Source of the DNA: Naegleria gruberi | Taxonomy: Eukaryota | Direction: 5' to 3' (one strand) | DNA length: 64,000 bases | NCBI GenBank assembly: GCA_000004985.1 | Contig: GG738936.1 | In this document: in pieces, positions 22,364 through 32,942 of the stretch | Layout of the letters: every line of letters starts with the position of its first letter | Position numbering within the stretch: the first letter of the stretch is position 1 | The notes under the pieces: model-generated | The model's input: the letters and a program-made list of their open reading frames with translations, nothing else | Told to the model about the DNA's origin: nothing | Database searches by the model: none | Translations under genes and position numbers: made by a program

Positions 22364-22976
22364 CTAGTAATAACGCCTTACTACAACATTATTCAATACT
22401 ACAATTAAAATTACAACAGCAATGTCCAACACCACGAAACATGCAAATAATCCTCCACCAATATTTCCAAACTATTAATATTAGCAAACACAAAGCCTAA
22501 CAATTACTTACTCTTCTTCCTCTATCACTGTAATTCATACGATTTCTAGTCATTGCAAAGAGAATAAGCCAAATAATTGGAAAGCAAAATCCGATCAGGA
22601 AGATTACAAAGGCCATATCATCATTCTTTTTCTTCAAATCAAAATTATCACCCAGTACAGGGTTAGAAACAAAGGTTGTTGTTCTAATAATTGATCATCT
22701 ACATCAGAAAAAGTGTAACACTTACTGTTGAGTGGTTGTTTGTCCAGGATATTGTTGAACAACATAACCTCCATTTTGAGGTGGATAATAATTTTCACTT
22801 GATATTGGCATTGCAGTATTAGTCATTGGCATTTGAGGAGGTATTGGATATTGAGGTGTTGTTGTTGTATAATAAGGTGGAGGTTGATCATAATAATAAT
22901 TATACTTCTCCTCTCCAGCATATTTAGCTTGTTCTTGCAATGGTTGATGAAGAGGTACTTGCATTGAAGGATCCAT
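22364..22976 (-). CDS. small Pro/Tyr/Gln-rich two-TM membrane protein, paralog A; exons 22976-22726, 22683-22512, 22471-22364
   Basis: N-terminal YYYDQPPPYYTTTTPQYPIPPQ low-complexity region; TM1 MAFVIFLIGFCFPIIWLILFAM; loop TRNRMNYSDRGRR/FGNIGGG; TM2 LFACFVVLDIAVVILIVVL; GTAAGT donors; 3-exon structure conserved with paralog B. Confidence 0.6.
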
Positions 22977-23313
22977 TCTCTATATTATTCAATGTATATT
23001 CTATATTGTTACGATCGTAAGATTAAATTTAAAAAACTTTTTTTCTTCTAAGGGAGATATAATCGATCGACACACCTTTAAGCCTTAAAAGCCTCCTCCT
23101 TTACACTGCTTACTAGAGACTGCAGGCGCTTGGGAGTTGAAGCGGTCAAAAAAAAAGTAAGAGTGTTTCATGCATAAACGGCTCGTAATTTTTTCAGAGT
23201 TAGCCTGACTGCTCTTCCAATTGTATTCCATTAGGAATCGAAATAATTTCACAATTCAGCCAACAATTTTTATACAACAATGTGCAGTTCAATAATTTGA
23301 ATTTGATGCTGAT

Positions 23314-23945
23314 TTATTTGGCACGGACAGCAATATTGACAGCAACAATGATAACAATAAAGACAGCATAACAAATGATTGAAGCAACAATCAAACCACA
23401 TCCAACATTACCAAGCTATATTTTTTTTTGTAAAATATTATTGTAAGATATTAGATTGATTAATATCAATAAAAACTTACTGTTCTAGCTCTATTGCTGT
23501 ACTTGGTTTTATCTCTTGTAATAAAGAACAAAACAATCCAAACAAGAGGAATAAAAAGTCCAACAATGAATAATAATAAAGTCATGTCATCATTCTTCTT
23601 TTTGTGATATTGATCATCATAATGTCTATATTGTTATCATATATTGTTATCATTATATTATCATGATTTATCGTTAAAAATCATCACCCGAATATTAAAA
23701 AATGTTAAATATTTGTTGATTATTGGTGAATCCACTTACGGTTGAACATAACCTCCAGAATAATATTGTGAAGTTTGAGTGGTAGAAGTGGCAGCTACTG
23801 GTGGTTGATCAGCGTATGGATCATATTGTGGAGTGGCAGTAGTGGTAGTATTATATTGTGGATACTGTTGTGGAGTGTAGTATTGTTGTGGTTGAGCGTG
23901 TTGGACGTTGTCGAATTGAGCGTATGGAGTATTGTCTTGTTGCAT
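23314..23945 (-). CDS. small Pro/Tyr/Gln-rich two-TM membrane protein, paralog B; exons 23945-23740, 23625-23481, 23415-23314
   Basis: same architecture: QQYYTPQQYPQYNTTTTATPQYDPY N-term; TM1 LLLFIVGLFIPLVWIVLFFI; loop TRDKTKYSNRART/LGNVGCG; TM2 LIVASIICYAVFIVIIVAV. Confidence 0.6.
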
Positions 23946-24502
23946 GGTGATGATAATTTATTCCAATAATTATGTGTTAATTTTTTTTGATATTTTCATC
24001 ATAAATGATGTTGATGGAAAGGTTTCGAGTAGTGTTCCAAGATGAATTGCATGTGACCGTCGTTTGTTTCCTTGATGAAAGAAAGGTTGCCAACATTCAT
24101 CTTTCTAAAATATGGTATTGACCCTCCATTTATTTGGAAAATAGTAAAATCAAAGTTTCAACTCTGATTACAATTTATAGAGATTGAATCGACTGTATTT
24201 CAATAAAATAAGGCACTTCTATTAGTCCAGTTTCCAATGTCAGAAGATTGGTCAGAATTCACAATTTCTATAGCATCATCAACAGATGAAATGCGAAATG
24301 AAAGGACAAGAACACATTAAGATTCATCGAATAAATAATGTACAATTTTCAAACAGATTGAAATATTAATTGTTTTTTACTTTAACTTCCAAGTTCCAAC
24401 ATTAAAAACAACAAAAAATTATCATCACACCAATATGTTCCACTTTTCAAAAGTTCATCAGAGTAGGAAGCAACAACACAACAAGGCTTTGTAAATTTTC
24501 TA

Positions 24503-25717
24503 ATGATGATGATGACAATAACCATTGCAATGCTGATAATGATGAGTTGTAGTATATACGGAAGGGAGAATGCGATAGTAAATTTACAAGTACGGGATAC
24601 AACCTATTCACTACAAACGGATCAAATGTATACTATCAGAGAGTTGGAGATGATGTATAATTCATCATCGAATAGATATAATTTATTGTATGGAATTCCT
24701 ATTTATTATGAGAGAAGGGATGGAGGTCCTATCACTGCTCTCAAGTCAGTGATTGCCTTGTTTAATAATACTCTAGGTTTTAAAGCTTTTCTTGTTGTGG
24801 ATCCATACAATGTACCATATTCTACAGATATTCCTAATGTTGGTACTACATTACCACCTCTATTTAATGAAACAATATATGGATCTGATTTTTACATTAG
24901 AAAATTGTTGGATTGGCAAGGAACTGATCCGAATGTTACACCACAATGTTCCTACTTGGTAAATTATAATTTGGATAAGTCAAAAGCAGAATATTACAAT
25001 GATCTATTTTATTGTGATAGTAGTGCTTTGAATGGTACCAGTCACGTTTTCACACTTTCATCAAGTTCAAAGAAAATTATTTCTAAATATGATGGAAACT
25101 GTTTACAATTTGTGTACAAGACAGATTCTACCACCAAAACAACAGTAGTATTCCAATTTCAAACATGTGCCAATACCAAATTACAAGAGTTTGGATTTAA
25201 TGGACAATATTTTAGTATTTACGGAGATTCGAAAGTTATGTATGTTGCTGACAAGATAACATCCTCTTCAGGTTCAGTCTATTCGGCACCTGGAGCTATG
25301 GATATTGGAGCATTTAGTGAATTAACATTTTATGGTAGAAATCCAAATTATCCTTACAGAGCTTATCAATTCTATTTGGAACCTATTAATGGTTATCCAG
25401 AAACAATGACAATTTCTAATAAGGGTCCATATGTTTATCCTCCACTCTCATTCACTAATCAAACTTATATTGATTTACTCAATAGTGATCTGAATACTAC
25501 TTTATCAACCTATCTCAGAACCTCTGTTGTAAATAGACTCTACACTGAATATCAAAAACAAAAGAGACTTCCATTCCCAGTTCCTCCTGATGAATTACTC
25601 TATACTTATATTTTCCTTCCAATAGCAATCTTTTTTGGTGGATTCTTATTCATGTTTATTAGTGTTGCTTGTTGTTGGACCGGTGTCTACATTAAAAAGA
25701 CATACTGTAAACCTTAA
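24503..25717 (+). CDS. type-I membrane glycoprotein, unknown family
   Basis: hydrophobic N-terminus (MMMMTITIAMLIMMSCSIYG), many NxS/T sites, C-terminal TM IFLPIAIFFGGFLFMFISVACCW plus a short tail. Confidence 0.55.
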   Translation: MMMMTITIAMLIMMSCSIYGRENAIVNLQVRDTTYSLQTDQMYTIRELEMMYNSSSNRYNLLYGIPIYYERRDGGPITALKSVIALFNNTLGFKAFLVVDPYNVPYSTDIPNVGTTLPPLFNETIYGSDFYIRKLLDWQGTDPNVTPQCSYLVNYNLDKSKAEYYNDLFYCDSSALNGTSHVFTLSSSSKKIISKYDGNCLQFVYKTDSTTKTTVVFQFQTCANTKLQEFGFNGQYFSIYGDSKVMYVADKITSSSGSVYSAPGAMDIGAFSELTFYGRNPNYPYRAYQFYLEPINGYPETMTISNKGPYVYPPLSFTNQTYIDLLNSDLNTTLSTYLRTSVVNRLYTEYQKQKRLPFPVPPDELLYTYIFLPIAIFFGGFLFMFISVACCWTGVYIKKTYCKP

Positions 25718-25823
25718 TTCTCATAATTAATGATGAATGTTAATAATAATTTATTCTGGAAAGAATTCCAAATCATATAGTATATATACTATTCTCGAGT
25801 AAAGATAAATAATTTATCTAATT

Positions 25824-26183
25824 TTAATGTGTTTGTGCTCTCATAAAGATTAATAAATCCTCTACACTTTCCGTCATCCGTATCACCTTTTCCAATTGTT
25901 GTTGAATATTTACAAGTTGTGTTTTCATTGTTTTTACATTATTCGGATCAAGCTCCTTTTGAAGTTTAAATAAAGAATTATTAATTTGATTAAATAAATT
26001 GGCATTGTCTTGCAATTTTGCTTCCGTTTCCAGACTTTTAGAAACAAGAGCAGTTGTATTTGTCATGATTGTTGTCCACTGATTTTGTTGATATTCTACA
26101 TATGATGTTCCCGGAGTAAGATCAGCTGGGAGTTGTAAAGGAGTGAAAACCACTTGATGGGAAGTTGGTTCTTGTTGCTGCAT
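25824..26183 (-). CDS. small (119 aa) coiled-coil protein, unknown function
   Basis: ATG-initiated ORF with heptad-like Leu/Gln spacing; no motif recognised. Confidence 0.4.
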   Translation of the reverse strand: MQQQEPTSHQVVFTPLQLPADLTPGTSYVEYQQNQWTTIMTNTTALVSKSLETEAKLQDNANLFNQINNSLFKLQKELDPNNVKTMKTQLVNIQQQLEKVIRMTESVEDLLIFMRAQTH

Positions 26184-26311
26184 TTTTTATATTAAAAATT
26201 AATTAAAACAAAATATGAGGAAATATATTTGAATTTACTAATCATAATGCAATTATTTCTTTTACAGCGAATGATAATAAATTAATTTTAATGATACAAT
26301 TTGGTTGTTAA

Positions 26312-27271
26312 TTACAAAGTGAGACCTCCAACATGTTTAACACTCATTTCCCACAAATCGTCCTGATACTTTTCATTGAAACTGTCTGCAATACTCTTCT
26401 TCTCCTTCCATTGTTCATAATATTTGAAACCAGTAACGCCATTCTGATCAGGATGAACTGCATGGAAAACTACTGAGAGACTAGCATGTTCTGGAGTATC
26501 AAAGAATAGACCACCTATAATTGAAGAAAAACTTCCCAATAACCCTGCAAAAATTTGTGTGTTCACAACACCAGGATGCATGGCAATTACACTAACTCCT
26601 GATTGAGGTATTGAACTGCCTTCATTCAAATTTCTAACCAATTTGTAAGCAAAAAGAAGATTAGCTAATTTGCTATTTGCATAAGTTTGCTTTCCACTAT
26701 ATGATGATGGTTTTTCATAATTTGGATCGCTCAATAATTCTTTAGCATCCCCACTTGAATGAATTTTAGAGCTCAGTATAATGATTCTCGATGGAGCACT
26801 TTCTTTCAATTTATCCAACAATAAATTAACCAGTAAGAAATGGCCCAAGTGGTTAATACCATATGTATTTTCAAACTGTTGTTTAGTTTTCTTTCTTTCC
26901 ACTTCCCAAACTCCAGCATTACACACCAGAGCATGAATTGGTAAATTCTTCTCCAAAAACTTTCTTGCAAAATTACGAACTGATTCCAAATCAGACAAAT
27001 CCAACGGAATAAATTGCATCATGGCATCCTTATTGGCTGTCTTGTTTCTAATTTCTTCCATAACTTTCATGGCCTTGTCCTCCGATCTACAAGCTAAAAT
27101 AACATGAGCACCCATTTCAACAAGATGAGTAACAGCAGCCTTTCCAATACCATCACTGGCTCCTGTAATGATCACAACCTTGTCTCCTTTGAATCGGAGA
27201 GGAACTGTGAGAGGTGAATTTGCTTGTTGCGACATTTTTTTTGATTCTTTTTTTAAATTTGTAATACCCAT
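26312..27271 (-). CDS. short-chain dehydrogenase/reductase (retinol-dehydrogenase/WWOX-like)
   Basis: Rossmann motif VVIITGASDGIGKA, LVCNAGV (NAG), catalytic YANSKLANLLFAYKL (YxxxK); a second possible ATG at about 27235. Confidence 0.8.
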   Translation of the reverse strand: MGITNLKKESKKMSQQANSPLTVPLRFKGDKVVIITGASDGIGKAAVTHLVEMGAHVILACRSEDKAMKVMEEIRNKTANKDAMMQFIPLDLSDLESVRNFARKFLEKNLPIHALVCNAGVWEVERKKTKQQFENTYGINHLGHFLLVNLLLDKLKESAPSRIIILSSKIHSSGDAKELLSDPNYEKPSSYSGKQTYANSKLANLLFAYKLVRNLNEGSSIPQSGVSVIAMHPGVVNTQIFAGLLGSFSSIIGGLFFDTPEHASLSVVFHAVHPDQNGVTGFKYYEQWKEKKSIADSFNEKYQDDLWEMSVKHVGGLTL

Positions 27272-27837
27272 GCGCCTTTTTAATTGGCTGGAATATATTA
27301 TGCGTCCACTTCTAAAACGGCCTTTTTTAATTATTAATAATTATTAAGAAATTGAATTTTACCGGAATCAAAATCAAATTTTCTTAATGAATTTCTTCAT
27401 AGATCAGTGAGAGAACTCTTCTCAAATTCAATTGAACAATCACTTCCTGACAATTACATGCACTTAACCATCATTTCTAATGTTGCAATATTCAAGTATT
27501 GGAGTTAATTTGCTTCAAATTCACAACTTCTATCGGAAGAATTCCATGATGATTATTATTTAATTCTAACTTGTTGGTTTCTGTGGTAGCTTGCCAATAA
27601 ATCAAGCTTTGCCATCAATTTAATTTTAATGGTGATGTTATCTATTTGACGAATTGTCTTGTGAGTTGCTAACAAATTTAAATAAATTTTTAATTTAAAA
27701 GTGTGTTCAATAAGGTTTGCTTCGTGTTCAAGGAATTTTTTTTAAAGCCTTAAAAAATAAAATCCCACAACAATGCGCTAATCAAACAGCACACCAAGCG
27801 CAATGAATACATGACAGATTTTGCTCTTTTTCGAAAC

Positions 27838-27987
27838 ATCTTTCTCGGCCTTTTGGCTTTGATCGAGTGTAGTATCTGTTCTTTTCAGTTTAATAGCTGA
27901 AAGCGTCCTACGGGGCGCGTTTACTATTAACTCAATTTTTTGTCGGGTCCAGAGGTGTGCCTCCTTGGAAACAAGTTGAGTGCACCC
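27838..27987 (+). ncRNA. U2 spliceosomal snRNA
   Basis: 5' ATCTTTCTCGGCCTTTTGGCT, branch-point-recognition GTGTAGTATCTGTTCTT, Sm site AATTTTTTG, and a 3' stem ending GTGCACCC all align to the canonical U2 sequence. Confidence 0.8.
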
Positions 27988-28163
27988 TTTGGTAGGTTTC
28001 AAGCAGACATTGCACTATCCGTCAGTTTTGGAGCCACCCTTTCTCTCTATTATCAATTGAATTTAAAGTAATATGTTTAAAAGTTCTCAAAGAGATAAAG
28101 TATTTTCAAAATATTAAGATGAACTTTAAAAAATTAAGAATACATTGAATAGTGGAGGAATTG

Positions 28164-28397
28164 ATGCAAATATTCGTGACTACATTGAGTGGACGTTCAA
28201 CGGTTGTAGAGGTGGAACCAGATGATTTAGTGGAGGAGCTGAAGGCAAAATTATATGAGAAGGAAGCTTTGCCAGTGCATCAACAACGTCTTGTTTATGC
28301 TGGTAAACAATTGGAAGATAGTAGAACCCTTGCTTATTATAATGTGCAAAAGGACTCAACAATTACACTTCTTGCTAGATTAAGAGGAGGACAATAA
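28164..28397 (+). CDS. ubiquitin-like protein (ubiquitin/NEDD8 fold, diverged), ends LRGGQ
   Basis: [19 protein letters not shown]...[37 protein letters not shown] aligns along the full length to ubiquitin with about 50% identity; first ATG at 28164 (track starts at GTG 28152). Confidence 0.7.
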   Translation: MQIFVTTLSGRSTVVEVEPDDLVEELKAKLYEKEALPVHQQRLVYAGKQLEDSRTLAYYNVQKDSTITLLARLRGGQ

Positions 28398-28953
28398 CTT
28401 GTTATTCCGGAGCATCAACAGAACCCAACACTGTAATTTCCAATACTAATATTAAAAATCCAGTATTGATGATTTCATCAAAAAGAGATCTTCCTCCTCA
28501 ACATGAACCTGAATAAATTCTAGTTACTAAATCAGACACCACCCAACAATTTAATCTTCATCATGCTCTTTCATTGTCCGAATGCTTGATTTCAACAAAT
28601 GGCATACAATCACGTTATGTGTTCCTTGCACCAAGTACAATATCGACAACTTGTTTCTCTTTTGTGTGGATTTGGTTCCTCACAATAAGAATCTCCTTGC
28701 AAAACATGAAAACCTGAACCTTTCAACCTCTTCCATCAACATTAGTTTCCAATAGCAAGCGCTCGCATAAAAGTGTAGACAACATTATTGTATTCCAAAC
28801 TCTGGACTATTAATAAACCATGTCCCTACACTTAATGCTCCTTATTAGTTCTTAATATTCCTTATTTTTTGCTTGCCGCTGTCAGCAATCACAACCCGCG
28901 AAAAAAATCCTCAACGTTTCGTTCGTCCACAACACAAATTTATTTTTCTTAAA

Positions 28954-30422
28954 ATGAGTGATACAAATTCCAACGCCAATGAGCCTACGCAAACAATCAT
29001 CAAGCAAGAGGAAATGCCAGATGTCAACACATTAAGTTCGGCATCAAGTCATGATTTACCAGTGATTAATAAGCAAGAAACCGAAGCATCCGATGCCTTA
29101 TCGTCCTTCAATAATATTTTACTTGATCAAGAAGCACATGATGTCTTGCTTGGCTTGACACAACGTAAGTACTAAACTATTCGAAAATTATACGAAACTA
29201 ATTTGATAATATTATTTCCGTCATCGTCACGGATATGATGATGTATTCCCACACCTTAAATGTGCAAAACCGTCATTCAATCTTTTGACGAAACTCTTTC
29301 GGAATAATAGTAACTAATCATGATGATGAGTCGAATCAAGACGAATCAAAGGAAAGTGCAACAAGAACAACTTCAACATCAACAACAAGTATTTCTAATG
29401 GAAAAAATTTAACTTACTGCTCAGTTTGTAGGAGAAGTAGCGAGCAAGTCAACTTCCACAAAAATTACACAATCAACACTAATAATTACAAAAATTATTG
29501 TGGAACTTTCCCTCACTTTGCCGATCAAATTCCAAAACCTAAAGAAGGTGAATCTCATGTTGTGTGTTCTACATGTTATAATAAGCAGTGGAGATTTGCT
29601 AATGGAAAGTACGATCCACATAAGGAGTAAGTAGTATATAGTTTTATAGTTTTTTTAAGAATCATTTTGTGTGTGAATTATTTAATTTGCTTTAATTGAA
29701 CTAATTTATTCATGTTGAAATGTAGTCGTGCTTTCAATAAGAGAGAAGGGCTTCAGAGGACACCAAAAGCACCTAAAGGATCAAAGCAAAAGGCAGCTGC
29801 TTCCACTAGTTCAGAAAATTCAGATCTCCTCAACACTAGTACTAACACCACTGATTCCAATACTGAGGGAAATAAGAGAAAGATCGATGAAGAGGAAGGA
29901 GGTGAAAATCTCTTCGTCCCAATTGAATCTCCAAATAAGAGAGTGAAGAGGGCTTCCAAAGCTAAGAAAGGTCAATCACCAACTCAACAATACGAATCTA
30001 AATTTGTCATTGAATCAACAACACCACCTGTAGTTGTTGCTTCTACATCATCAAATAATGCAGTTCCAATTAGATGTTCATTTGGAATTGCTTCAGCATC
30101 TCCAGCAGCAAGTTTTGCCAAGAAGGAGGAAATTACTTTCCTCATTAGTTATATGAAACGTTTTAATGGAATATTGGAGGATATTTACACAACTAAGATT
30201 GCTACACATCATTGTCCAGAAACTGTTGAACAACTCAGAGATTTAGTCATGGAAAGATTATCTCAAAAGAAGGGAGATGTATTCATTTTCGATCGTGCTT
30301 GTTGTAACTCTGTCGATCGTTTCAACAATCCAATCAAGATTGAAATTGATGAATTCTTCTTTAAAGATGTAAAGCTAGCTAATAATGATTCATTATGGAT
30401 CTATGTAAATGATAAGCAATAA
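28954..30422 (+). CDS. nuclear-type protein with a CxxC...CxxC zinc-ribbon-like motif and basic NLS-like stretches; tentative exons 28954-29164, 29311-29626, 29726-30422
   Basis: three coding-looking blocks joined by GTAAGT donors and TAG acceptors with frame continuity; CSVCRRS...VCSTCYNKQW motif; KRKIDEEE and KRVKRASKAKK basic clusters; alternative models exist (exon 2 could end at the in-frame TAA at 29628; exon 3 has its own ATG at 29712). Confidence 0.4.
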
Positions 30423-30593
30423 ATTATTTTAAACTAACTAATTGGGAATTTAAGGATAATATCAAAAAGGAAGGACATTGTTATCTGTCATTAATTAAAA
30501 TTTCGGTCTTGATGGCACCAAACCATGGCCTAGAACGATGACAGAACTTCTTACATTAAGGCACATTAAGGAAACATTTCATTATGAATGTAA

Positions 30594-30664
30594 TCGGGCG
30601 TGGTATAGTGGTAGCATTCCAGACTGTCACTCTGGCGACCCGGGTTCAATTCCCGGCGTTCGAG
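30594..30664 (+). tRNA. tRNA-Asp (anticodon GUC)
   Basis: TCGGGCGTGGTATAGTGGTAGCATTCCAGACTGTCACTCTGGCGACCCGGGTTCAATTCCCGGCGTTCGAG; D-arm GTATAGTGG typical of tRNA-Asp; anticodon loop CTGTCAC; T-loop GGTTCAATTCC; TTTT 7 nt downstream. Confidence 0.85.
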
Positions 30665-30908
30665 ATATAATTTTACACAATTTCTTTAATTTTATATTTT
30701 GTATGTTCAACTTTCTTATTACTATAATAGACATAGTATTGTTGGGCCAATTTATATGCAAATTATTCAAAGTGAAAGATTGTTTTAATCTAAATAAATA
30801 CCAGAGTGTAAGTGTGAGTGTAATACCGAATTAAGGTCGATCGAAACACATTATTTATTGTGCCTAATGCTGCTTCTTATTCAAAATTAAGATTTTGATA
30901 TTAAGAAT

Positions 30909-31026
30909 GGGTACGGCCATATCACGATTCATGCACCTCATCCCGTCCGATTTGAGAAGTTAAGCATCGTCGAGCCACATCAGTACTGAGGTTGGAGACA
31001 ACTTGGGAACCTGTGGTGCTGTAGTC
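30909..31026 (+). rRNA. 5S ribosomal RNA
   Basis: GGGTACGGCCATATCACG...CCGTCCGATTTGAGAAGTTAAGC...GTACTGAGGTTGGAGACAACTTGGGAACCTGTGGTGCTGTAGTC matches the universal 5S pattern (box A/C region, loop E, closing helix I). Confidence 0.85.
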
Positions 31027-31031
31027 TTTTT
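31027..31031 (+). terminator. Pol III T-run terminator of the plus-strand 5S gene
   Basis: TTTTT immediately 3' of the 5S rRNA. Confidence 0.6.
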
Positions 31032-31161
31032 CCCTTACTTGAAAATAATATTAGTGAAGTCTTGTTTTCTTCTTATTATCTCTTTTTTGAATTGTATGGT
31101 TGTGTTATAGTCAAGTGAATTAAACAAATAAGATAAACTTAAATATTGAACATCAACAACT

Positions 31162-31707
31162 TTATAAAAAAGTGGACTCATCATCAGAAAAGAGTAATAA
31201 TGCTTCAAAATTGTAACTCGATTCTTGTGATGGTTGTTGTGGATTAGTTTCATTTGCGAAACCAAATAATGATTTAAGAGTTGGCACATCCAATTGGTCA
31301 ATTGAGTTTAGTGGAAGACTGGATAGAAAACTTGCAATATTGAGAAATTCTGAACTGTTATTGGATGGAGAAATGGGTTGTTTGGTGGGAATGGAAGGAG
31401 AATGACCATGTTCATTGATTGATCTTTTGGATTCAATCTTTTCAGTAAAAATTACTGTATCTTGGTTTCTAATAGTTTCGTCATCAGTTTCTTCTTGGAT
31501 TACCTTGTAAATGAACACATCTGCATTGGGATCTTCATTATGGAATACAAAGTAATTCTTCAGCAATTTGTTATTTTGCATATCTTTTCTCAATCGTTTT
31601 AGTTTCGGTTCTTGCTTTCTGCACTTTCCTTCAAGTTTAGTTTTCACTCTCTTCGTTTCGTCAATGAAAGAAACCTTTGCACTTCTCGAATTACACCACG
31701 TATGCAT
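31162..31707 (-). CDS. hypothetical basic protein (181 aa) encoded between the two inverted 5S genes
   Basis: ATG-initiated ORF with a Lys/Arg-rich N-terminal half (KRVKTKLEGKCRKQEPKLKRLRK) and an acidic/Ser-rich C-terminal half; no family recognised. Confidence 0.4.
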   Translation of the reverse strand: MHTWCNSRSAKVSFIDETKRVKTKLEGKCRKQEPKLKRLRKDMQNNKLLKNYFVFHNEDPNADVFIYKVIQEETDDETIRNQDTVIFTEKIESKRSINEHGHSPSIPTKQPISPSNNSSEFLNIASFLSSLPLNSIDQLDVPTLKSLFGFANETNPQQPSQESSYNFEALLLFSDDESTFL

Positions 31708-32704
31708 TTCGTATTGTTTTTTAAGATTTGTATTTCTCTGTATTCAGATAATCGAAACTAAAGCTCTTTGTTTCTTGAAAGGATAAATGATGAAAATTCG
31801 CGTAATCCTAATAGAGCTCTTCCATAGATCTCAACATGCCAGAGAACTATTAGAAATACCATGAAATGCATCTCGAGTATCGAGATTAGTTCAGTTTAGT
31901 GTTTTGTGAATAAAATAGAAGCACAAGTCCAAAATAAGCATTACTATGCATTGGCAATGTTAAGAGGTGAAATACTCAAAATGGAAACATAGAAGAATAA
32001 GTACTGTGTTTCAAATAATGAAAGGATTTCCTTACTGCTGACAAGTCCTGATTCATGACAAGCACATGACTTGTTAAACTGTTGATAAATTTGGCCTTTC
32101 CTAATCCGTGTATTATTTAATTTCGAGAATGTTGTGTTGAAAATTATCGGTGCTTCTTTTTGAGATTTGAGAATGCCAACCTATTCCATTCATTCATTCA
32201 ACTCGGTATGCAAATAAATTAATTGTAGAAAACTAAAATTTTTATGAAATGTTAATGGAAAGAAAATTAATTTGGATAATCAATGTTTATATTATTGATA
32301 TAATTATACTTGGTTTCAATTATTTATTTGGACCGGAAGCCTGCCAGGAATATGGCGACGATCCCGCTACAGTCTTTGACTGTATGAACAGTGAAGGCAA
32401 CTAATCTATTGATTGTTGGTTCAGTAAGTTATTGTTTAGAAAAGCTTGCCACCTGACCATCTATTTATCACCTTTGAATTTGATCTATTTAGAAAGAGAA
32501 ACTTTTGGTTGATCAATTTTCGATAAAATTTCCCTTTCGAATTTGAGTCTTCAAATATTGAAATAGTGAAGATGCTGTGCAATTGTTCATAGAAAATGTT
32601 TCTAAACCAAGTTGACCCAGGCTATCATGTAAATTGTAAATAATCAAAATAAAGTATCCTTCTCAATAAGTTCTTACCGAGCAATATCTTATTTGCTAAA
32701 AAAA

Positions 32705-32822
32705 AGACTACAGCACCACAGGTTCCCAAGTTGTCTCCAACCTCAGTACTGATGTGGCTCGACGATGCTTAACTTCTCAAATCGGACGGGATGAGGTGCA
32801 TTCATCGTGATATGGCCGTAGC
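32705..32822 (-). rRNA. 5S ribosomal RNA, inverted copy
   Basis: reverse complement of 30909-31026 with a few substitutions; poly-A on the plus strand at 32698-32704 gives a minus-strand T-run terminator; about 35 nt of 5' flank is also conserved with the plus copy. Confidence 0.85.
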
Positions 32823-32942
32823 CATTCTCAATATTAAAATCTTAATATTAAATAAGAAAACGGACAATATTCATTAATTTTTGCAAGGAATATAAAACGA
32901 ATACATATCTTAAATATTTAATACATTTAAATTGGATATGAT

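Noticed and set aside
27778-28002. 74-aa minus-strand ORF
   Set aside because: Fully overlaps the U2 snRNA gene; no coding features.
30538-30834. 98-aa plus-strand ORF
   Set aside because: Reads through the tRNA-Asp gene; artefact.
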